This document shows positions 44,216 to 52,023 of a stretch of 64,000 bases of DNA, piece after piece. Numbering within the stretch: the stretch's first letter is position 1; every line of letters begins with the position of its first letter. The position numbers and the translations under genes were made by a program. A model generated the notes under the pieces. The model saw only the letters and a program-made list of their open reading frames with translations. It had not been told where the DNA came from and did no database searches. The stretch is taken from positions 62,001 to 126,000 of the IMG/VR virus record IMGVR_UViG_3300043411_000942; one strand, written 5' to 3'.

Positions 44216-44542
44216 ATGGCTCTAAGAATTCCACCAGTAACTCAACTAATTCGAGAGTTCCTAGCTGAAAACCCAGGCTCTACCGCCACTCAAGTTGCTA
44301 ACGGTATTGGACTAAAGTCCGCCAGCATCTCGTCTAAACTTACAGCTCAAGTTAACGAGGGGAAGCTGATCCGTGTAGCTGGAGAAGGGGTACGTGGAGG
44401 GTATGGGTACTATCTACCCCCCCCACGTATCCGCCTTCTAGTCCCCCGTACCCTACTAGGTGGGACAGACTTTTCAGCGCTGACTTTGAACAAAGTCCCA
44501 GTCACTCTGAGCATCCGCCATCGTCATCCCAACGATAGCTGA
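44216..44542 (+). CDS. winged-HTH protein (C8 tract, C-terminus uncertain)
   Basis: IREFLAENPGSTATQVA..ISSKL..GKLIR; GGTGTA-N9-ATG. Confidence 0.7.
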   Translation: MALRIPPVTQLIREFLAENPGSTATQVANGIGLKSASISSKLTAQVNEGKLIRVAGEGVRGGYGYYLPPPRIRLLVPRTLLGGTDFSALTLNKVPVTLSIRHRHPNDS

Positions 44543-44822
44543 CTCGAAGAAGTGCTCGTTCTTGCGCTCAGCCTCCATCTCAGCGCTCTCGGGCTTCGTC
44601 TCCGGGTGGAAGATCTCCCGGTAGTACTGCTTCGTGGCCTCTCGCTGGCTCTCAAGCGTCCCAGGGGGGCACTTCGTCACGGAGGCGCTCACCACCCCAT
44701 CAACCTCCTGGACCTTGCCGTTCTTGACGGAACGGCAGTAGGACTTCGCAAGAGTCTCCGTGGGGAAGGTTGCGGAACCGGTGGAGCCATTCTTCTGAGT
44801 GAACGTAACGCGGAAGGCCATG
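44474..44822 (-). CDS. hypothetical protein
   Basis: ATG 44822 (MAFRVTF); promoter 44844-44872. Confidence 0.65.
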
Positions 44823-44871
44823 TGGACACCTCTTTCAAGTCTCCCTACGTAAGTCACGGCTGACGAGTTAA

Positions 44872-45195
44872 CTACTTTTTAGAACCCAGATCAAAACCAA
44901 GCCTCAGTAGATGCAACACGAGCCACTCTGCATCCGCCCATTGGACCTTGGTCTCGATAGCTGTAAGTTGAGGTGCGAGACCAACGCGAAGATCTCCTAC
45001 CTGTAAGTAGTTGTAGCTTCGATCCTCAGAGCGACGGACCACTGCTGAGGCTACGTCCCGCAGGGGAAATGGTTCGTTTGGGGTTAGAAACGACTGGAGG
45101 CTCTTTAGAGCCTGGTCTCGTTCGGGGGAGGGCTCAGACCCTGGGGATCCCTCGGCAGTAAGGGTGGAGATGAGGATTTCTAGTTCTTTACGCAT
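44872..45195 (-). CDS. hypothetical protein
   Basis: GGTGTA-N10-ATG. Confidence 0.55.
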   Translation of the reverse strand: MRKELEILISTLTAEGSPGSEPSPERDQALKSLQSFLTPNEPFPLRDVASAVVRRSEDRSYNYLQVGDLRVGLAPQLTAIETKVQWADAEWLVLHLLRLGFDLGSKK

Positions 45196-45248
45196 CCTAA
45201 CCTTATACACCGGTTAAGTTTGCAGCGAGGCCTTACGTAAGGGTACAC

Positions 45249-45548
45249 ATGACCCCCCAAGACGAGCCTGAGTACGCTTCGGTTGAAGCTTTGGCAGAAT
45301 TTCTTATGGACGACAATCGAGACAGTTTCTCGGTTGAGGATGTCATCAAGCTCGCGGAACGTACCCAAGGCTCCAACCTCAAGATCATTCACGAGTTGAA
45401 GGCCTACGGTCTGAAAATGGTAGCAAGGCAGCCAGTGAGGGTCGTTCGAGGCTTCAAGTCGAACTCCCATGATCGTTGGACTGCCTACCCATCTCATGGC
45501 GGATCAGGTTGGGAACAAATTACCGGGTGTGCGGGTAAGCCTGGGTGA
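45249..45548 (+). CDS. hypothetical protein
   Basis: ATG behind promoter 45213-45241. Confidence 0.72.
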   Translation: MTPQDEPEYASVEALAEFLMDDNRDSFSVEDVIKLAERTQGSNLKIIHELKAYGLKMVARQPVRVVRGFKSNSHDRWTAYPSHGGSGWEQITGCAGKPG

Positions 45549-45602
45549 TTAGATTTCATCCTTTTACTATTGACCGCTACACCTAAGGAGGTACAATGGT
45601 GG

Positions 45603-46286
45603 ATGCCTCTCAAAGACCCAGTCAAGCGCAAAAAGTACCTTCAAGAGTATAGAGCAAAAAGGCAGGCGGACGCCCCCATTATCCTATGTGGTTGTGGGTG
45701 CGGTACCTCGATCTACTCAGCCGATGGGAACGGAGTGCAAAGAGGGTTTGCATTTGGTCATAAAACTCCTCTCCCGGCTGATCACATCGCGAAACGAATT
45801 GCCAATGCAACTCTAATTCAGTGCGGGTGCGGGTGCGGAGAAACACTTCGCGACCGTAACAAACACGGAAACAAGCAATTGTATATCTATGGTCACGTTG
45901 CAAACAAGCAGTATGTGACGATTGCCCCACCGATTTCGTTACTGGCTCGCTCTGGAGGGGCTAAGCAGGTAAACCTTCGAGGCTTAAAGTGGGCTCGTAA
46001 GATTACGATACTAACCTACTACAGCGGAGGTCAGCCAACGTGCTCTTGTTGTGGGGAGACAGACCCTATTTTCCTAGCTTTAGATCACCTAGACGGTGGC
46101 GGCAACATGCACCGTAAGGCCACTAACACGAAGGGTGGGAGTGGTACTTACAATTGGATAGTAAAAGCGGGGTTCCCGCCTGGATTTAGAGTTCTTTGTC
46201 ACAACTGTAACATGGCATTTGGTGCTTACGGTTACTGCCCGCACTCTCCTCCGATACTAGATGGAGTCGAACAGGCAAACGGCTAG
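45603..46286 (+). CDS. HNH-type endonuclease with CGCGCG Zn repeats
   Basis: two CGCGCG modules; CSCCGE..LALDH..VLCHNCN. Confidence 0.78.
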   Translation: MPLKDPVKRKKYLQEYRAKRQADAPIILCGCGCGTSIYSADGNGVQRGFAFGHKTPLPADHIAKRIANATLIQCGCGCGETLRDRNKHGNKQLYIYGHVANKQYVTIAPPISLLARSGGAKQVNLRGLKWARKITILTYYSGGQPTCSCCGETDPIFLALDHLDGGGNMHRKATNTKGGSGTYNWIVKAGFPPGFRVLCHNCNMAFGAYGYCPHSPPILDGVEQANG

Positions 46287-46288
46287 CA

Positions 46289-46480
46289 TCACTTAGAGGT
46301 AGGAGTCTTCAAGATTTCCGAGTACAACTCCTGAAGACGCTCTCTCCTACCAACACGCTCTGGGTGCTTGGCTAGCTCCTCAGGGTCCGTTTGAAGGAAG
46401 TTGTAGATCTGCTCCCAGTACCGGTCCTCTATTTGATTGAGAAGTTGCTTGGATGGGGTCTGTGGGGTCTGCCAGGTCAT
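46289..46480 (-). CDS. hypothetical protein
   Basis: 63 aa ORF. Confidence 0.45.
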   Translation of the reverse strand: MTWQTPQTPSKQLLNQIEDRYWEQIYNFLQTDPEELAKHPERVGRRERLQELYSEILKTPTSK

Positions 46481-46533
46481 CCTTAGTTTTCTCGTAGGTC
46501 TCCAAGTAAAGACGGATGAATTCTGGTGGTACT

Positions 46534-46551
46534 GGTGTAGCCATAGAGATG
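46534..46551 (+). promoter_or_regulatory. class-2 motif GGTGTA-N9-ATG
   Basis: same geometry at starts 14414(+), 20586(-), 34372(-), 38573(+), 44216(+); N10 at 45195(-); also 518-523 before the ncRNA. Confidence 0.6.
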
Positions 46552-47505
46552 CTCCATCCTAACCCTAAGATGCTGTTACGCATAGCCCAAGGTGACGCCT
46601 TTGGTATGGCGTGTGAATTTCGAACCGACAACCTGAAGGCAGCGTTGGAGTTCGATCGGTATATCCGTCATCCTGAGTGGGGTCCGGAAGCAGGTCATTA
46701 CACCGATGACACTCAGATGTCTATCGCAGTAGCCGAGAGCCTTATCCACCCACAAGGCCGTCGTCCTCCGAAATACGCACGCCCTGAAGACCTAACAAAA
46801 GAGGCTTTTGCTGAGGCCTTCGTCCAAGCATACAAGAGAGACCCACGACCTGGGTATGCGGTAAAGTTCCAGGCCTTCCTAGACTCAGTAAGCTCTGGTG
46901 CCGAATTCCTCTTGAAGATAAACCCGGAGTCAGATAAGAACGGTGCCGCAATGCGCTCCGTTCCGCTTGGCGTTATCTTACACGAACCCAATCTACTAGA
47001 GGTAGCTGCAACGCAAGCGAGCCTGACTCACAACACAGAGGGAGGTATTACCTCTTCTCAGATGGTAGCCCTTGCATCTAGGTTCGCCTTGTACGAGAGT
47101 GCTCCACTCACGGAGATTTTCGATTACATTGGAGACTGGCTACACCTGAGCAACCTACGGTGGGAGGGCGGTCCTGTAGTAGGACCTAACCTGGGGATGC
47201 TCACTGCAAGGGCAGCTATTACCCTAGTAATTGGTGAACCTAACTTACTGAGTATTGCAAAGAAGGCTCTTATCTGGGGTGGAGACACTGACTCTGTGCT
47301 AGCTATCGCCTGGGGTATTGCTAGTGCTCGAAAGGACGGAGCGGAGCTTCCCGACTTCTTCCATAGAGACCTAGAGAACGGACCTTACGGTCGAGACTAC
47401 CTAGCAGGGTTAGGTAGAGCCTTGATGGGTTACTTTGCTCCACCTGGGTTTGCTGCTGAGTTTGTTGTAAGCAAGAACGCGGTCTTGCCCCTCAAGAAGG
47501 ACTGA
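46549..47505 (+). CDS. ADP-ribosylglycohydrolase (ARH/DraG family)
   Basis: GDAFG, YTDDTQMS, NGAAMRSVP, GGDTDS; GGTGTA-N9-ATG. Confidence 0.92.
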   Translation: MLHPNPKMLLRIAQGDAFGMACEFRTDNLKAALEFDRYIRHPEWGPEAGHYTDDTQMSIAVAESLIHPQGRRPPKYARPEDLTKEAFAEAFVQAYKRDPRPGYAVKFQAFLDSVSSGAEFLLKINPESDKNGAAMRSVPLGVILHEPNLLEVAATQASLTHNTEGGITSSQMVALASRFALYESAPLTEIFDYIGDWLHLSNLRWEGGPVVGPNLGMLTARAAITLVIGEPNLLSIAKKALIWGGDTDSVLAIAWGIASARKDGAELPDFFHRDLENGPYGRDYLAGLGRALMGYFAPPGFAAEFVVSKNAVLPLKKD

Positions 47506-47506
47506 G

Positions 47507-48112
47507 ATGAGTATACTTACCGGTAGCAAGATCAAGAGTGAAGTTGAGGCTGGTAACATCCGTATTACCCCATACTCAGAGGACCAACTCAACCCAGCTA
47601 GCTATGACCTTACCCTTGGGGATGAGCTTAGGGTCTACAAGGATTGGGTAGGGTACAATGAGCACGCTAGCCCCCCAAGGGCTGGTCAGGACATGTTCCC
47701 TTGCGCCAAGGTGTGTGATGTCAAGCAAGAGCTTGAAACGGTAAGTTTCCAGATCCCACCTACGGGATGGGTACTAAGACCAGGTATCGGCTACCTCTTA
47801 CACACAGTAGAGCAAGTGTGGACACGGAATTACGTGCCAATTGTAGATGGGAAGTCTTCGATTGGTAGGCTATTTGTCCTCATCCACTTCACGGCTGGAT
47901 TCGGGGACCCAAACTTTGACGGCCAGTACACTCTAGAGGTGTCTGCTCTCCACCCAGTACGAATCTACCCAGGTATGCGTATAGGTCAGATTCGATTCCA
48001 TACGGTTGAGGGGGAGTTGGACCGACCGTATGAAGGTAACTACAAGGAGGGTACCGCGAGGGGAGCTGTAGCCTCAAGGTCGTGGAATCAATTCCCTAAG
48101 AAAGATGACTAA
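47507..48112 (+). CDS. dcd: dCTP deaminase
   Basis: QLNPASYDLTLG, GKSSIGR, AGFGDPNFDGQYTLE, PGMRIGQI. Confidence 0.93.
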   Translation: MSILTGSKIKSEVEAGNIRITPYSEDQLNPASYDLTLGDELRVYKDWVGYNEHASPPRAGQDMFPCAKVCDVKQELETVSFQIPPTGWVLRPGIGYLLHTVEQVWTRNYVPIVDGKSSIGRLFVLIHFTAGFGDPNFDGQYTLEVSALHPVRIYPGMRIGQIRFHTVEGELDRPYEGNYKEGTARGAVASRSWNQFPKKDD

Positions 48113-48635
48113 CATGCTCATGCCCAAGCGCTTGCCTATCCGATACTACCCAGATGCCATCCTCCACCAGAAGTGTGCACCCGTAACCGAGGTTACGGAG
48201 AGCGTGAAGCAGCTAGCTTCCGACATGCTTCTTACGATGATGCAGTGTCGAGGGCTGGGGTTGGCTGCACCTCAAGTTGGGGTGCCTATTCGACTTTTCG
48301 TTGTTGACGTAGAGTGGCCAGATGGCGTAGAGAACTCCACCTCCTACATATTCATCAACCCTACTTTGAGGTTGCTTGAACCCACTGTAAAGTCTGTCGA
48401 GGGCTGCATCTCGTTCCCAGGAGAACGATTTGAGCTGACTCGTGCAAGTCGCATCGAGGTTGACGCGCTAGACCTCGATGGTAAGCCCTTCACTCTCGAA
48501 GCAGAAGGGCTCCTTGCTGTAGCTATCCAACACGAGTACGACCACCTAGAGGGAAAGACTGGAGCGGAAAGTCTTTCCTGGCTAAAGCGGAACCTACTAC
48601 GTAAGAAGGTCGAGAAGCTTACGAAGCGTGGCTAA
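48105..48635 (+). CDS. def: peptide deformylase
   Basis: GLGLAAPQVG, EGCIS, QHEYDHLEG. Confidence 0.96.
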   Translation: MTNMLMPKRLPIRYYPDAILHQKCAPVTEVTESVKQLASDMLLTMMQCRGLGLAAPQVGVPIRLFVVDVEWPDGVENSTSYIFINPTLRLLEPTVKSVEGCISFPGERFELTRASRIEVDALDLDGKPFTLEAEGLLAVAIQHEYDHLEGKTGAESLSWLKRNLLRKKVEKLTKRG

Positions 48636-49312
48636 TCCAGCATCACGCAGCGAGTACTGCCGTTGTGCCCGTGAATCTTCATGAGAGTCTCTAAGTTAGC
48701 GTAGTTCCCAGTGCTTGCGTGCTCGGTCAACCAAGACAGTACGCAAGCACCTGTGGAGAACTGAACGCCCTCTGCGATCACGCCTACCCCACTGATCCCG
48801 CTATGGTCGTGGTCTCTAAGTAGGTAGAACCGCTTAGACTTTGCTTCGGGTAGTGGTGAGATTGTCTGCGGGTAACTGTACCTTTGAACTTGAATTGGAG
48901 CAGAGCCTTCTTCAGGCTTGAACCGCTGGACTACCAGCGTGTTGGCAGACCGCACACCTAAGGACTCGTATATGATACGTTGAGCCAAGTCGGCATCGAA
49001 GTCCTTACAGGAGAATGCATCCAAGGCGAAGTACTTCTGAAGGGGCCAGGCGTGCAAGCTCAAGTGAGAGGTGGAAATCACCTGAACGGTAGAAATCCCC
49101 CCCTCATCCTCGAAGTTACCCGTGAGCTTCACTCTAGCAAGTATCGCAGGGTCTACGGGTACTTCGTAGACCTGAATCTTATCCAGAGCTTGCATACCTA
49201 AGGCTTCGACTATGCTTGCGAATAGTCGAGTTAGGTGTTCCTTCGTGAACACAGCTGAGTCTTCCACTCTAGCGTCCATGATCAAGTGGAGCCCAGCCGA
49301 ATCATTTCCCAT
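48632..49312 (-). CDS. speD: S-adenosylmethionine decarboxylase proenzyme fused to a small phage domain
   Basis: GLHLIMD, ISTSHLSLHAWP, DAFSCKDFD; C-terminal RDHDHSGISGVGVIAEGVQF..HGHNG. Confidence 0.85.
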   Translation of the reverse strand: MGNDSAGLHLIMDARVEDSAVFTKEHLTRLFASIVEALGMQALDKIQVYEVPVDPAILARVKLTGNFEDEGGISTVQVISTSHLSLHAWPLQKYFALDAFSCKDFDADLAQRIIYESLGVRSANTLVVQRFKPEEGSAPIQVQRYSYPQTISPLPEAKSKRFYLLRDHDHSGISGVGVIAEGVQFSTGACVLSWLTEHASTGNYANLETLMKIHGHNGSTRCVMLD

Positions 49313-49362
49313 TGCCTACCTCACCTCGTTAGCAATGGACCTGAGATAAAACCATTATGGTT

Positions 49363-50202
49363 TCAGAACTCTGTACCGAGAGTTGGAACCCAAAGGTCAG
49401 AGGTGTTTTCCCACGTAATGTAATCTGGAGTCAGTAGTGCGAACCCACCATCCCTCCAGTGCTTACCCCATGAATTTTTCACGAGGAAATTGCCGTCTAC
49501 GTACCCTACGATCATCATAGCGTGCCCACCTGCGGTAGCTCCCTTCGGGGGGTCTACGATCGAGGGTCCAAGGCGCTGCAAAAAGGGGTGGTCGACAAGG
49601 GTGCCGAAAACAACGGGGTGCTTTGCTTGCAGTGCCGACTTGATTGCCTCAAGTCGGTCATCTCCAGTCTCCCTGATTCGGTAGTAGGAGTGGATGCGAT
49701 GACCTACCGCCTGACGCATAGCCTTGATGCTAGGGGCCGTGTAGACCTTAGACTCGTCGTAGGCCCAAATGTTCTCGTCGCAGACTCCAAAGCGACTGAG
49801 CACCTCAAAGCAATTTCGGATGTAGGTCCCCTCATCCTTGTCAATGTCACCCTGGCCATCCCCGTCATCGTCCATCATCCCACGAGCTAGAGCGTAGATG
49901 AATAGACGAGAGACCTGAATCGTAGGGCGAGGGCTTCGCTTCTCAGAGACAGCTAGAGTAGCCTCTCGGATAGCGTTAAGTAACTCAATGCTATCTGCTG
50001 TAGCGTTTCCCGCACAGGAGGACAGCCCGAACTGATTGGTCTCAGTGGTGAAGCTAGATAGGTCCACGTCCCCATCCGCCATCACTAGACTTGGCTTGAG
50101 GTTGGTGGTGAAGTCCAGGTCCTTAGCGAGCCAATCGAACTCGTTCCCATTCTCATCAATACCTACAGTAGGGTCTGGCTTATATCCGAATAGAGTGGTC
50201 AT
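49363..50202 (-). CDS. papain-like C1 cysteine peptidase
   Basis: NQFGLSSCAGNA, GGHAMMIVGY, VKNSWG. Confidence 0.9.
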   Translation of the reverse strand: MTTLFGYKPDPTVGIDENGNEFDWLAKDLDFTTNLKPSLVMADGDVDLSSFTTETNQFGLSSCAGNATADSIELLNAIREATLAVSEKRSPRPTIQVSRLFIYALARGMMDDDGDGQGDIDKDEGTYIRNCFEVLSRFGVCDENIWAYDESKVYTAPSIKAMRQAVGHRIHSYYRIRETGDDRLEAIKSALQAKHPVVFGTLVDHPFLQRLGPSIVDPPKGATAGGHAMMIVGYVDGNFLVKNSWGKHWRDGGFALLTPDYITWENTSDLWVPTLGTEF

Positions 50203-50204
50203 GC

Positions 50205-50624
50205 CTAAGTACCTCTGATAGAAGAGTTAGCGGTCTCAGTAGACACTACCGTAAGTTCCAGTGTTTTCGGCGGGGCTGGGGCAACTGAGCCGGGGACCTC
50301 GATTGAGTGGTCCGTTACTAGCTGTATGCGACCCTCAGTGGTGCGTAGAGCGTCATAAATAGTCCTAGCGATACCCTCAGGGATCTTTGTACTCAGGGCA
50401 AAGTGTTTGACTCTAGTTAGCTTGATACCCCAAGATGGGGGTTCGGATTCGCAGATTCCGTCATAGTCTGGATTGAGACATTGAGTGCAAGTACAGTCCT
50501 CCTTTGCCCCCCATGCAAGGATCAGTTGCTGGGGTTGGTCTGCAAGCTCAACCTTACCTCCAGCTTTCGTGTAAGCTCTAACGTCACGTAACAACTCAAG
50601 AATATCCGTGTACATTGTCAACAT
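50205..50624 (-). CDS. hypothetical protein
   Basis: sigma70-like TTGTGT-N17-TATACT at 50631-50659 (-). Confidence 0.55.
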   Translation of the reverse strand: MLTMYTDILELLRDVRAYTKAGGKVELADQPQQLILAWGAKEDCTCTQCLNPDYDGICESEPPSWGIKLTRVKHFALSTKIPEGIARTIYDALRTTEGRIQLVTDHSIEVPGSVAPAPPKTLELTVVSTETANSSIRGT

Positions 50625-50683
50625 GTGGTTAGTATACTCTATGTTAGCTCAATACACAATCCTTTCATACCCTATCCAGGGTT

Positions 50684-51028
50684 ATGAGAACCCTACTAGC
50701 AGTGGCCACCGCCCTAACTCTACTTGGCTGTCCCGGTCGAGAGGCGCCTGGTCCAAATCCCGTCACACCTCCGGATACGGATCTTTGCGGAAAGATGTGT
50801 AAACACCTTGGACCAAAGGTTGACGGGGGGCTGGGATGCGAAGAAGGCATGCCAGTGTATGACTCCGACCGTCCAGGCCCCAAGGATGTCCCCAACATGA
50901 GTTGCGAGACCTTTTGCCGTACAGCTCAGGATCGTGGAGCCTTCCTTAACCCTCGATGCCTGACTCTCGTGAAGAGCTGTGAGGAAATCGAAATCGCAAG
51001 GAAGCGCAAACCTGAAACTTGTAATTAA
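50684..51028 (+). CDS. Cys-rich lipoprotein
   Basis: signal peptide with lipobox LLGC; several further cysteines. Confidence 0.75.
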   Translation: MRTLLAVATALTLLGCPGREAPGPNPVTPPDTDLCGKMCKHLGPKVDGGLGCEEGMPVYDSDRPGPKDVPNMSCETFCRTAQDRGAFLNPRCLTLVKSCEEIEIARKRKPETCN

Positions 51029-51110
51029 GTCGCACACTTAGCTCTAACTTAAGCTAGGTGTGGGTAAAGACTACCCATTTCAAAACTTCTACTTATACCC
51101 TACAAGGAGT

Positions 51111-51656
51111 ATGGCCTTCGACCATCTATTTGAAGGTATTGTTACGGCTCTGGTGTCAGGGGGTGGTACAGCTTCGTCCACAATCCTATTTTTCCGCGAC
51201 TTGAAGTCTCGCGTGGAGGTTCTTGAGAAGCTTGTAGGGACAGCCGACCATAAGACTGGACTCAGTCACACCGTACACGAACTCTCTCAGAAACACGATA
51301 AGAGTGAAGATCAACACGACTCTATGGGTGGGCGAGTTGAACGTCTTGAGGCTCTATGCAGTAGAGTTGATCGTCTTGAAGGGGAGTCTTCCGCCAATAG
51401 GCGGAAGTCTTTCCCAGGGGGGGAGTCTCTGGAAGAGGCTCAAATTAGAGAGCTTAATCGTCGACTGAAGGACGCAGAAGAGACGATTACTCGACTTGAA
51501 GCTCGACAGAAACGATATGTACTTGCGGATGATCTTGATGCGTCTGATCGTCAACGAGCTGACGAAATTGGACATCTCAAGAACACTCTCGCCCAAATGC
51601 ATGGTTTGCTTCAGGGGCTGCAAACCGCACTTGGGTACCATCACTTGAAACGTTAA
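51111..51656 (+). CDS. N-terminal hydrophobic, coiled-coil protein
   Basis: AAGGAG SD; long heptad region. Confidence 0.7.
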   Translation: MAFDHLFEGIVTALVSGGGTASSTILFFRDLKSRVEVLEKLVGTADHKTGLSHTVHELSQKHDKSEDQHDSMGGRVERLEALCSRVDRLEGESSANRRKSFPGGESLEEAQIRELNRRLKDAEETITRLEARQKRYVLADDLDASDRQRADEIGHLKNTLAQMHGLLQGLQTALGYHHLKR

Positions 51657-51675
51657 CCAACACTGGAGATTAAGA

Positions 51676-51849
51676 ATGTCAAGCCCGGAGCCCAAGCTAT
51701 TTAAGCGTCAATCTCAACAGATGCGTGCAGTAAGAACAGAAGCCACGCATCTCGTAGAGGAGCTGACAGCGTTCCTTGAGCGAGCTAAGACTGAACCCCC
51801 TCCAGTTTACGTAGACAACGAGTATCAAGAGTACGGTAAGTCAGCCTAG
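51676..51849 (+). CDS. small hypothetical protein (57 aa, not in track)
   Basis: GGAG SD, open to TAG 51847-51849. Confidence 0.5.
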   Translation: MSSPEPKLFKRQSQQMRAVRTEATHLVEELTAFLERAKTEPPPVYVDNEYQEYGKSA

Positions 51850-52023
51850 GCACTGGCAACTCACTCTCAGTCATTGCATTGCGCCTACGGTGAAACGCGG
51901 ACCATTTTGACGATGGGCCCCCGCACTCATCACACTTGCAATACTTCCAGTAGTTACGCCCCTGGTCTGACCTGCGGACCCAGTGATTCGTTCGCTTGGG
52001 TCGTCGTGCCGAGCGGCTCACCG

